A DNA stretch of 64,000 nucleotides, from assembly GCA_009103225.1 (NCBI GenBank), contig RHPI01003642.1:1169099-1233098 (forward strand), read 5' to 3'. The notes under the pieces were generated by a model. That model worked only from the letters and a program-made list of their open reading frames with translations, did not search any database and was not told where the DNA came from. Below, piece by piece: positions 36,524-52,120 of the stretch; position 1 is the first letter of the stretch, and each line of letters starts with the position of its first letter. Made by a program: the position numbers and the translations under genes. This stretch comes from Chlorokybus atmophyticus (Eukaryota > Plantae > Mesostigma and Chlorokybus algae).

Positions 36524-37893
36524 TCAGAGGGGCTGCTGGCAATAAGGGCACAAGCCACCGTCCATTGCGTTCCAAAGCGCCAGGCAGGATACATGGAACT
36601 GGTGCCCGCATTGGGTGGTTGTCGGCGGATCAGTGACAGAGTCAGCGTGTATCTTTGTGCTGCAGATGCGGCACTCATTTGTGAGTAAACCTCCCTGAAG
36701 CCCAAGCTTGCGCGCGCTAATCAGAAGCCTTGCCCAGTTCACCTGATAAGCGTCAGTATCGTTAAATAACTCATAACGGTCGCCCGCACGGGTCCATCCC
36801 TGGCTGCTAACGTTGGTGGGCTGCTGATTCGTCTTGTCTAGCTTGACACCGGTGTAGCGCCACTCGCAGTTGTTAAATGCGCAAGTGCGGGGCTGCACCA
36901 CGCTCCCGCATGCAGGGCATCTGCACCGGCCGCTGCCGGCATCCAGCACAAGGTCAAACGTGGAGTAGTAGAGGTTGACTATGACCCGGTTCTGCCAAGC
37001 CTTACAGCTGCGATTGCGGCAATAGCCCTCAATACACAGTCCCCGTGCAGCGCTGCACCAGGGAGGAGCTATTTTCGCCCATGGGAAGTGCTGCATCGCA
37101 GTGGCATCGGATACGTCCACAAATGGAACAGAGGGCACGCTTCCCCCGCGCAAGCGCCAGATGCAGTGCACGCTCATTTCGCCATGTAGCTGACAAGGCT
37201 CCCAGGTGGACGCAGCAGCGTCACTTGCTTTGATCAAGTCGCACAGCCGGTCAGTCTCTTTAAGCTGCCGTCCATAGTACAGCAGGCGCATGTGGTTGAT
37301 AGGCGTACCTGCAAGTGCAATGATGCAGTTAATGACAAGCGAATGACCATGTATATAATGACAAGGCTTTGCAAACAACTTGATGTGGTATACGCCCTCA
37401 CACCTTCTTTATGAAAGATCAGCAACATCAGCGTGCATACCCTTAACTTCGAGGGCAGCGTAAACGTAATGGTGTGTCCGGCAATGGTTTTCACATACAC
37501 CGAGAGTAGGGCTGTGGACTTCATGCGCGACACGGCATCAACACTGGCAGTAAACACGGTTGCCTGCGCCTGAGGCATGTAATAATCCAGGTCCTGGGTG
37601 GCGTCGCATGCTTGACCGAGCCAGCGAAGCCTGATTGGAGTAGGGCCTACCAACATCAACGTATCCACAAAGTCTGAAGAGCTGGTGTGCATTCCGTGAA
37701 GTGCGAGCGCCCCCTTCAGCCTTGCCTCTAACTGCTTAGCGATGTCGCCAACAGAGCCAAGGCGGTCCATTGTTACGGTGATCGGAATGACCTGTGCCGC
37801 TGCATCTGACCTCACCAGCTCAGAGTCTTCTGTTAAGGCTATCTTGGTCACCGTGCACTTGACCTGTACAGGCACCATGATGGCATGCGCCAT
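36524..37893 (-). CDS. Tandem ubiquitin-like domains ending RLRGG, fused to a Cys-rich uncharacterised domain and a RING-H2 finger (2 exons)
   Basis: Degenerate Ubl (IRLRWLGQACDATQDLDYY); Ubl VYVKTIAGHTITF...KEG|TPINHMRLLYYGRQLKETDRL...IWRLRGG; Cys domain GLCIEGYCRNRSC...CPACGSVVQPRTCAFNNCEWRYTG; RING CRIC...CGHQFHVSC...CPYC. Intron phase GAA G|gtgtga...gcag|GT ACG is consistent. Confidence 0.85.
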
Positions 37894-40332
37894 CACTACC
37901 TAGTCAGCCTGGCTAGCCTTCCTCTGATAGAGAGCACCTGCGCAACCGAACAAAGCACTCACATCATACAGTGCAACATCATGCGCAAGCGCATGCACTC
38001 ATGCCCATTGCCCAAACGAAGCTGTTGGCTGCATGGGTGAAACCGTTATGAGGCCAAGACATGCATGCAGGCAGGCAGGCGTACATGCGGCAAGCATAAC
38101 AGCAGCATGCAAGCGCAGATACTGCAAGCAAGGGTAGTCCGCTAATGCCAACGTGATCTCCGCAACACAGCTTCCCCCAAAGCCGCGACTACAACTTCAA
38201 CCGTACTTCACCTGACTACCAGTTGTGTGAGGCAAGCACAGATCAGCGGTAACAATGAACTGCAGGCAAGGGCAGCCAAGCATGCGGCAATGACAGCAAA
38301 TCAGATGCTCCTATCTCTCACATACCAGGCACGACGAGCTGCACAATACTCCACAACATTTTAAGCAAGAAAAAGGGTCCACACAACCATGGCAGCCCCC
38401 CCCCCCCGCCCCCTCCCCCCTCTTTTCACGCACACCAAGGCACACAGCGTACCTTCTCAGCGGCAGGCAAGGACCTGAACTGGTTTGGGAGGCTTGAGCG
38501 ATGGGCCTCGCACCACCGTCGCCGCCGTGGACACAGAGAGGGGAGGTAGCCGCCTCGAAAGTGGGGTGTGTGTGAGAGAGCAGCAGATGCGGAAGGGGGC
38601 CGCAACAAGCCGACTGAGCCAGGCAATGCCTTCCCTGTGGTGACAGCTTTCCTGTAGTGACAGCTTCCCTGCTCCCTGCGGTGACAGCTAGTGTTTGCTG
38701 GTGACAGCTTGCTGAGTCCATAAGAATCTATACTCTATCCGAGTACAGTGTGCAGAACAATTTTACGTCACTGACTGTGCATGACCGGCCAATTTAGCCG
38801 CTCACCTACATAGCCACGCTGTCGTTCTGTAGGCAAGGCGGACGTTGGCCAAAATCCAGTGTACAGTACATCGAACATGCAACCATGGTGGGCGCGATAG
38901 CAGCAAGTGGGGTTCCTAATCCTACCCTAAGCGCTAAGCATCGGGCACAACTTGCATAACCAACAGCTACAATCCGCTAGCCAAGCAACAACTGTTTCAC
39001 GTGTTCTGCGGTGCAACCGCCTGCCTTGCTCACCTGTGCACTTAATTGGCCTGTCAACGTCCGTCGTGACAGGCGGCAGGAATCATGCGCTAGCTGTCAT
39101 GACCACAGACGGCATCTGCTCGCATGATGATGGAAGTTCACGCAAGGGAGGGGAAAACTGCGCTGTATACCACGCGGCAGCTTGGGGCTGCGCGAACCAC
39201 CATAACCAACCCATGCAAACCCCCGTCATGGCAACCCTACACTGACAGCAGGCAGCAGTGGGTGTCAGTGACTTGCTGAACAACGACCCTCAAGGAGGGG
39301 GCCAATGCTGACAGCCACGCCAGCAACACTGCGCCGCCGTCGTCGCCATTTTCCACCCCCAGCACCCGGCGCTTTCGGCAGCTTAACTATGAGCATACAC
39401 GTCCTCATCAAGCCACTGCTTCGCGCGCAGACTGAACCGCGTTAACACGCGCTGACTGCCTGCCTACGCCAGGCATTGGCACCGCCGTTAAGCTGCTGGA
39501 TGCATTCATTAAGGCACTGAATGCCATCAGCGACACCTGCCCGGCAGACGGTCAAACGAGTCACCGCACACGTTGCTGACCGCCGCTTGGGCTGGACTTG
39601 GGCGGCGGTAGCGTGCTGTCGGGTGGGTGCTCGCTGGGTCAAGGTATGCTCGCAAACGTAACAAGGGCTCAACTATAGCTGCCCACGTGCTGAAAGGCGG
39701 GGCCCCCCTGTTGGTGAGGCGTCGCGCGTGCTTGCTGCCTGAGCGGAGCGGAGTGCTCTCATTCGATTACTGCTGAAGGGCGTTGAGCGAGTACTGCTGA
39801 TGGTAAGTTTGAGATAGCCCACCTGTGCAGCGTGTCGCGACTCACAGCCGCTAAGTAGCGCAGCATTGTCATGCTTCTAGCAATTCAGCTGCCTGTGCCC
39901 GTCTAGCATACATACGTTACAATGCAATGTACTTGTTGATAGCAATACACATGCACGAATAATAGCGGACACCATGATTTTCACCCAGAACACCTCCGTG
40001 CAACATGGGCTGCAATGCAATAGCTGGTGTTTTTCCCTCAGCTGGGGCTATAGTGACAACGTCTGTCACCAGTGCGGCACTGTCAGAGGCCACGCATAAC
40101 CAAACATCCATAACAAACCCTAGGTCAATAGTGTTAGCAAGCTTGCTGACACCGCGATGCAAGGCATTGCATAGTTGGTACGGAGGAAGCGCTGGTGCTG
40201 CTGTGTTGTTTACGACTGGTCTTATGTATTGAACACGTCTCATGTCTCCATCGCCGCATGAGGTTTATACCAGTAGTCGACCTGATGTTTTGTTATGTGT
40301 AATTGGCACGTCACAGTATCCCCCCCCCCCCC

Positions 40333-40644
40333 NNNNNNNNNNNNNNNNNNNNNNNNNNNNNNNNNNNNNNNNNNNNNNNNNNNNNNNNNNNNNNNNNNNN
40401 NNNNNNNNNNNNNNNNNNNNNNNNNNNNNNNNNNNNNNNNNNNNNNNNNNNNNNNNNNNNNNNNNNNNNNNNNNNNNNNNNNNNNNNNNNNNNNNNNNNN
40501 NNNNNNNNNNNNNNNNNNNNNNNNNNNNNNNNNNNNNNNNNNNNNNNNNNNNNNNNNNNNNNNNNNNNNNNNNNNNNNNNNNNNNNNNNNNNNNNNNNNN
40601 NNNNNNNNNNNNNNNNNNNNNNNNNNNNNNNNNNNNNNNNNNNN
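40333..40644. other. Assembly gap (N run) after a poly-C tract
   Basis: N run preceded by C12 and followed by cctccccc. Confidence 0.9.
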
Positions 40645-40871
40645 CCTCCCCCTTCGCTTCCGGCGCGGGGGGGCAGGCCCAGGGATTCCACCTGCGCACA
40701 CTGGATCAGCCATTTGTGTACCGCAAGATGCCACCTCAAGGCATATGATGTTGTTGTTTACGGTGTCTTAGGAGCAACGTCCACCGACAGAGCACAGCTG
40801 CTCCGCATTGACCACAGCATCTCTACCTATCGCAACATGTTCACAGGTTTACGTGCCCGGATTCTGAGGCA

Positions 40872-43320
40872 ATGGAGGCAGCAGTAGCATGGCCACTTGT
40901 TCTCGGTTTCGGCGAGCTGTGCGTGAAGGGGTATGCGGCCTGGCAGCAAGCAGAATGTGTGGCGGACAAAAAGCAGTCCATCAAACAGTTCAATGCCTAC
41001 CTGTCTGTCGTCCATGACACCATTCCACAACTGAGCACAAACGTTCAGCAATTAGACGCAGATATCCATATATTGAGTGCAGATATTAGTGAGCGCTTCA
41101 AAGCTCTAGAGCTGACTACTCGTGCCGAGTTTGCAGCTCTACGAGCAGACTTTGGCGCAGATGCAGACAAGCGACAAGTTCAAGATTTTGTGCTTGAGGT
41201 CAAGTTGTTCTGTGTCTACTATAATAAGCTTGTTGCAGCTACCCTGCCAAAAGACGTTGACATGTGGTCTAACAATGCGCTGCCACTTGGGGAAAAGCTG
41301 GGGCTGCAAGCTGCAGACTACTCGAGGAGGTTGCAGAGTACCGCTGACACTGTAGACGACATCAACAAGTTCAGCCGTTTTTCATGGGTCATGATGCGGG
41401 CGACATTACTCATTGTGCTAGCCGACACATACAGGCTCTCTGGAGACAGTGTAGAATATCACAAGCGATTACAAGAAGCGCTGCACATCGTGACGCTGGA
41501 GGTGGGGAGGCTCCGAAGCTACCTGACCCGCAACGGCTATGCACTGGAGCAGGAGTTACGTCCTATGCTGGCTTGGTTGTCAATCGCAGGACGGCGGCTG
41601 CATGCAGTGACTTCCTCGCCATCAGTTGGTAAGTATTGAACTTGCTCAGGTGTTCAGTCATATATAACTGTTTGTCTGACTGTTGGCTGCTGCAGCAACT
41701 GTTGACGACTCCACCGCATCCACAAACGTCTTTGATCAGCAAGCTATTGCAGAGTTGCAGCTATTGTGCAGTGCAGGCTCAACAACAGGCATCTCTTCTT
41801 CTTTGAGCACCTTGGAGGAGGAAGACGCGGCAGCACGCCGCGTTCATCATGTGTTTGATTGGATGGAAGATGCAAGGTCGCCACTATTGGAGTCAACGCC
41901 TGGCTGGTTGTTGATGCTGGACATGTTAGAGCACGGCTTGCCTTCTGCTCGTCTGCTGGCTGCAGCGGGCCTGATGGGTATGGTTCAGTCTGACGCTGGC
42001 ATTGAAGCATTGTCGGCTCCAACAGCAGTGATTACCCTCTTTAACGTTGCCACAAGCAGTCCGTTCTCGCGTCATGGAGAGGACGTGTGTTCGTATGCTT
42101 TGCAAGCTCTTCAACGACTGGTTCAGCAGGATACTGTTAGAGCGATCATCCTGGCGAACAATGACACTGCACAGTTGACGACATCTTTGCAAGCTGCTCC
42201 TTCAACCTCAGCACGCATACCTCGTTTAGAGCGACTGTTACATGTCTTGGGTGTGAGGACTTGGCAAGGCATAGCGGTGTTGAGTGGGCACACTGACAGC
42301 GTGCAGATTATCAAATTCAGCCCAGATGGCAGCACCCTAGCGACAGCTTCGTGCAGCACAGCCATGCTATGGGACGTCAGCTCAGGGCGAAGGAAGTTTG
42401 TACTTGAAGGCGAAAGTATAGAAGTGTTTTGGCTGAAAGTTCCTTCAGGGAATGATACTTTTGGGTGCGTCGCCTGGAGACCAGATGGGCGGATGCTGGC
42501 CGTAGCAACAACGAGAAATGTATGGTTGTGGGACTCTGCCACTGGGCAGCACGCCTTATGTAAAGTTGAATCTAGCGCACACCTTGCATGGCACCCAGTT
42601 GACAATATACTTGGCGCAAGTGGTGACAGGGACGGAAGGGTTGTGCTATGGGATGCTGCAGCATCTCGGGTGCGCTCGTTCCGTTGGCACACAGCACGTG
42701 TGCAGTTTGTAGAATGGAGTCCGGATGGGCAGACGCTGGCTACAGCCTCGGATGACTGTACGGCAGCACTATACAACCCCAAGACAGGGCAGCAGGTGTG
42801 GGTGCTAAGGGGTCACACTAAAGTAGTGTACCGGGCAGTGTGGAGCTCAGATGGAAAGCTCCTGGCCACAGCCTCAATGGACGGCACAGCTGCTGTATGG
42901 GACGCTGCATCAGGAAAACGATTGCATGTACTATCGCACTCAGGTTTCATAGCGAACGTGGCTTGGAGCCCAGATAGCCGCATGCTGGCCGCAACTTCCG
43001 GGGATAACACAGCCACTTTGTGGAACAGCACATCAGGCAAGCGACTGCATGTGCTGGCGGGCCATGGAGGGTTGGTACACTCTGTAGCATGGAGCCCAGA
43101 TGGGCGGTTGCTCGCAACGGCTTCCAGTGATTGCACAGCCAGACTCTGGGACAGCGCATCGGGGCGTGAGGTGCGCGTGCTCAGTGGCCACAGCGACTGG
43201 GTGAGAGATGCCATATGGAGTCCTGACGGCCAGGTGCTGGCCACAGCATCAAGTGACAAAACAGTGAGACTGTGGGAGGTGTCTGCTGCGCGGACTGGGT
43301 TTGCTACGACTGCCCCGTAG
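40872..43320 (+). CDS. ~800 aa protein: N-terminal helical/coiled-coil domain, ARM-like helical region and 8 WD40 repeats (2 exons)
   Basis: The 255-aa and 545-aa ORFs join in phase via intron 41629-41695 (GTT G|gtaagt...ctgcag|CA ACT). WD40 repeats are of the GH-x-x-x-V-x-x-V-x-WSPDG-x-x-LATAS-x-D-x-T-x-x-LWD type. Confidence 0.88.
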
Positions 43321-43949
43321 AAGTCAATCTCACTACATGTATTTGATTATGTGCGGATGCAGACCAATAAGCCAAAGGGAACCACATTGTCATGTTAGCG
43401 CATTGGTAGCTATAACTTTGCAGACCTGGTGTAGCATACGAGCCTGTGCCGCTGGTGGTAAGTTACTATGTTGACAATGGTAGTAAAGTCGTGTGCTTAA
43501 TGGAGGGAGACATATATAAGCACATGTGTGTGCACGCAACTTGAACTTCTCTACGTATGCACATGTAGATGTGCAGCACGTTGACACAATTGCGCACACC
43601 AACGCACACTTATGCGTGCATGCGCGTGTGCACATACAGCAAGCACGCCCCGCAGTGTTTGTACATACATATGCACACGCGCGCAGACACAAGCTTATGC
43701 ACAACTGCAGACACAGCACACAACCACGCACACGTTCGTGCGCGTGCACAGGCTGTGTGGGACACAGTGACGTGCACAACTCTCCATTCCCTCAACGGGA
43801 GGAGATGTCTATCATTACCAACGGATGGACAACAACAACAACAACAACAACAAGTCTGGTCTGACCGCAGGTCAGGCCGCCCGCTCGATAACCACCTCTG
43901 CTATGGCCTCCCTACCTCGCCACAGTCGTGGTTAAGTTCTGGCAGTGCA

Positions 43950-44190
43950 GCTTGATGACGATGATAGACACGACAATGGCGACAATGACAATGACAGTGA
44001 CAATGACAATGACAATGACAAAGACAATGACAATGTCGATGACGACAGTCACAGCAGAAGTGACATAATCATGTTGATGAACAACCGTCCTGCTGTTGAG
44101 CCAGACAGGCTGTTCGTTCAGTTCGTCCATGAACTCGCAGCAGTTTGAACTGTGATGACGATGACGACGAGAATGACCATGACGATGATG
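43950..44190. repeat. Degenerate (GACAAT)n/(GATGAC)n microsatellites
   Basis: gacaatgacaatgacagtgacaatgacaatgacaatgacaaagacaatgacaat at ~43980-44035 and gatgacgatgacgacgagaatgaccatgacgatgat at ~44155-44190. Confidence 0.8.
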
Positions 44191-46279
44191 GTATTGTTGT
44201 CCAAAAATGCATGTGCGCGCGCGCGCGCGTGCGTGCGTGTACTGTCGAAGGCGTCGGTTTGGGGGAGGCAGAGAGTGCATTGAGCTTGTATTCGAGGCCT
44301 GGCACCGCCCCCCTCGCTCTTACAGCACCTGAGCTCATGACGACTGTTCAGACACTGTCATACCAGCGCGCAACACCACAACACCTTCAATTGCATACAG
44401 GCAGTTGCCATCTATGCGCCCTGAGAGTGGTTGAGCAAGCCGTCAACAACCACTACGTTGCAGCTAAGAACACACACACACACACACACACATGCGTGCG
44501 CGCATGCACACGCACACGCACACAACACTGATGTCCAGCTTACCTCGTCGGTTGTTATCCTGCATGAGGAACCCACAAGCATGTGCGATGCTGGTGTGGT
44601 TGGGTAATCTTATGAAGCAGCTGCAATCAGTACGGAAGGGAAGCTGGCAGGGGTGCGCAACGCCTTCCCACCATAAGTGCACAGCACTTGAAACGAGGTT
44701 AAGGACTAGCGTGCCTGAGTTACTGACTGTGTCGCGTGCAATACTGGACATTGAACTTGCTGCCAGCACTGCACAACTGCAGCAACACCCAGTCACAAAG
44801 AAACCATGCCATACTAGGGCAACCATTGTCAACTTACAGAAGCACACAGGCAGGTTTCAGAGCCGGTTACAGCAATACCAGTGTGCTGGTTGCTGTGTTG
44901 GCTCACACCTCCCGTATTGATTGCATACAGACGGCAGCCGCCACTGCCAGTGTGTGTGAGTCCCACATACACATGCACGCATGCGTGTGCGTGGGCGCGT
45001 CTGCGTGCGAGCATGTGTTCTTTGCCTGCGGTGTGGTGGTTATGGACTGCCAGCGAAACAATATCCGAGGCGCAACAGACTGCGACAGCTTTTGCACAAA
45101 TGAGAAAGACAAGAAGGATCTACACATTGCCTGGCAAGGGTTCCTGAACACGATGAACAAGTTGTGGTGATGTAACACTTGACCACGTCAAGCTTACGCA
45201 GTAGTCATGAGCTAGCTACCGCAAGAATACAGCGGGGGTGCTAGGTCTTTGAACACACGCTCAACGCGCTCTTGGCCAAGGCCGGGCCAGTCCCAATCCA
45301 ACGCCTTTGACAAGCTAACACGCACGCACGCACGGACGCATCCACACACATGACGCACTCCATTGTAACAAAAACACAACAATCAATGTTGTTCCGCACC
45401 TCCACGAGTTGGAGGACGGATGGGACAAGGACAGCGTGTCTGGCGGTAGACACGTTAGTACTTACCCTGATTCTGTGGATGTGGTGGTTGTTGTTGTTGT
45501 TGTTGTTGTTGCCGTCACCAGTGAGGAACACTGTCGGAAACGAAGCCGTGGTGGGGCAGTCACCCAGGGTGAGCCGGGCGCAGGTAATATGACTACACCC
45601 GTGCGTTCATAACGCACGAGTGGAGTGGTTTTCGGCGCGGACCCAAACGAGGAGGTCACCTCCTACGATAGATGTCATAGTTGGCTCGCAAAAGTCGGCG
45701 CATTGGCGTCCGGCGCAGAACCGTCTTGTGCGATTGAGGGAGCAGTTAACCGTGCGTGCATGCGTGTGCACGCGTCCAAGAAAGCACACATGCATGCATG
45801 TCGATGTGTGGCACATTCGCACATGCAGATGCGCATGTGCATGTGTCGGTGTGCCAGATACGTACGTGCTCGCGCACACACGGTCATGTCTCCCTCCTCC
45901 TCCCCTCCTCCCTCCTTTTCAGCAATGCGGTCAATCAAGCCCGTGCACTAGTCACTTGCCTCGCTGCTGGTGCAGGCCGCGAAGTCGTTGCACGCCCTCC
46001 ACGCAGCCCTGCAGGGGCCACTCACGCGTTTGCCAGCTTACACAACACCTTTGCGCAGCTTCACCTGGCAGTAGGGCGGGAGGGGTGTCGGTGGTGTGAA
46101 TGTGAACTGTTTACATTTACACCACCACTCGATGCAACTTGGAGGGGGCAACGAATTGACATTCAAATAGAGGTACTACAGGTTTCTTTACTGATGATGT
46201 TAATACGTTGTGTGCAGTGTTCTCACCACCAAAGCAATGTTCATTCATGTCGTGAATTTGATGAGTAAAACTCGAACTG

Positions 46280-47400
46280 CAAGCGATGATAAGTTCTAGT
46301 TAGGGACGCATAACAGTCATTGCTTGAATGTATACAAGGTCGTGTGACTTGTACATACTCGCGTGAAGATGCAGAATTATTGTGAGGATCGTGGAGATCA
46401 GTAGAACAGAGCACTAGCATATTGTTGTTGAAAGCAACACCCCACACGCACATGCACCAGTGCATTATGTGCAATCATTATGCATGGGTTATGTGCATTA
46501 AGTGTACGAAGTGCATTGAGCTTGTTCGTATTACCCGTTGAGGTAATGTTACCTGCACATGACCTTATAGGCATAAGTATATGTCAAAGTAAGTAATTAA
46601 TACAATAACCGTTCTTAACATGACATATATTGTCCATAGCTGCGGGTCAAAGTGACGAGCTATTAACATTTGTAAAAACAGTCTATGCATCACCTTAACT
46701 GACAGATAATAGTGCGTTGTAGGCTAATATGGCACAAGCAAACTTTGCTAAACTAATGTAGTTGAACTCATACAACAATGCGTGATTATGGGACTTACGT
46801 GCTGATTGTTGCCAACATATTTGTACCTTCACTACACATATCATCAAGATAGATAAGATATGAGTTTTGCTCATCACTGTCGTTAACAATCATTAAAGGC
46901 ACAACGTTAAAAGCGTCATTCCGATTGTGGTTGTGAAATAATACGAGCACCTTAATGTAAGCAGGTAAACCCAATATTTTCAAAAATGGATTCACTTCAT
47001 TAACTGACAATTCAATTGAATCGTGCCCGAAAGAGCATCTTTGATGCACATGGATGTATCATATGATTACCCGCTAGTAGTGCTGTCTTTAAACTAAAAT
47101 GCCCCACTTAAACTATACATCAAAAAACTTTTAAATAAGTGCAACAATTTACCATGTTCAACATGTTCGATGACTTATTGCAAAGCACTTCCTTAAGGTG
47201 CTTTACCTCGTGAACAAGCATGAACAAACGTAAACGCTCCTAACACCGTACATTGGAGTTGCTATAACCAAAGAAACATGACATTTGAGTAATTGTTGTG
47301 CATCACTCACGTGTGAATCACATTGTAAGTTACACATGTAATTTTGAAGGTGAAGTGACGTGCTCCAACTTTGGAGAGCATAGTGAGGCTTGGAGCCTCC
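46280..47400. other. Second AT-rich non-coding segment
   Basis: AT-rich and ORF-poor, similar in character to 20020-21250, but no shared sequence was seen by eye. Confidence 0.4.
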
Positions 47401-47977
47401 CAGCATCAACCTTCGTCGAGTTTGTGCAACGCCGTTGCAAAGGTCTCAGTTAGAAACTCCTACATGGTGCCACGATGATCGTCCCACCTAATGCCGCCGG
47501 AGGAGTTTCATGCGGTCATCCGGTATCTTTTATCTTTTAATCCCCATGATTAGCCTGAAAGCTCGCCTATGCCTGTAGTACAGGCACTGTACTGCCTGCG
47601 GCATGGAGGTGCCAGTAGCCCCTGCACTGTACCTCTGTGGCACGAAACGAACGCAGTGCCAGTGCCACATTGCCGCACTTCGGCTTGCAACGTTGCCACT
47701 TTGTAGCGAGCTTTTGCCTCCATCAAACTTACGTCCCAAAGTCCGGAGGCGCCTTTTGCTAGGCACCTCCGTAGCCTCCAACCTGTTGCATAAAGTATTT
47801 TGTACAACACACTTTTGCTTCCCCTGTCCCTGTCTGTGCCTGGGTGGTGAGGGCGATGGGGTACTTGGCGGTGTTGGTGGCGACGGCGGCGGTGCTGCTC
47901 GAGGCGGGGGTGGCACTGTGCTCCGCCTGGTGCATTGGGCGGGGCTGCTGAATGGTATAAGTAGACGGAGCGGCGCC

Positions 47978-51507
<3,530 letters not shown>

Positions 51508-52120
51508 CATGGAAAGTGTAGGTGGCAGGTAGTTGCTTTGTACAGTGTAATTAGATCCAAACTCAACTATAGCTACCATCGCTGATTGGTCTATAGCTGC
51601 TCTCCCGCATCCATTGATGTAGTTGCTCAAGCTGGCTTGCAATATCGGGGAACTGTTTAGATAAATCCTGGCCAGCAGCGCATCAACAGCACAGACTTTT
51701 GCGTTCATTAAAGTGCACTCAGCGCATGGCCCTCATTGGGTAACCCTTACTCCTCCTGGCTGCTTTGCTCCGCCCCAAAGTGCCGCATGCAGGATGACCC
51801 ACCATCACGGAGCGCCAATGGGGGAGGCAGCTTGCATTGCTCTCATGTAGCTGACCTCACCCGCTGCGATGTATAAGTAGCTGCCCAATGGGCGCTCATG
51901 TACATGAGTTTTTTTCATGCATTGCCCACAGAGTGTGGTGACTTTGGACACTCACTCCTGACAGTATGACATGCCCAGACGTTATGACAACCAACTCAGT
52001 CTATTAACACTATTGACACGTCTATAAACACGGACAGTCATACACCGTGCGCTCAATCACAAACTAGTTCTTCACATTACACCTCTGTGTACCTCAACTC
52101 ACTAAATCAGAATCACACCA

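Noticed and set aside
39917-40243. 108-aa minus-strand ORF
   Set aside because: No recognisable motif, and it probably lies in a 5' UTR intron of the plus-strand WD40 gene (donor gtaagt at ~39803, acceptor at ~40848).
45625-45760. GADPN ankyrin-like motif
   Set aside because: Single occurrence with no TPLH helix or neighbouring repeats.
46795-47049. Short minus-strand ORF containing YLIYLDDM (RT-like YxDD)
   Set aside because: No preceding RT motifs (e.g. PFG/QG) and no other retroelement parts. An isolated motif is insufficient.
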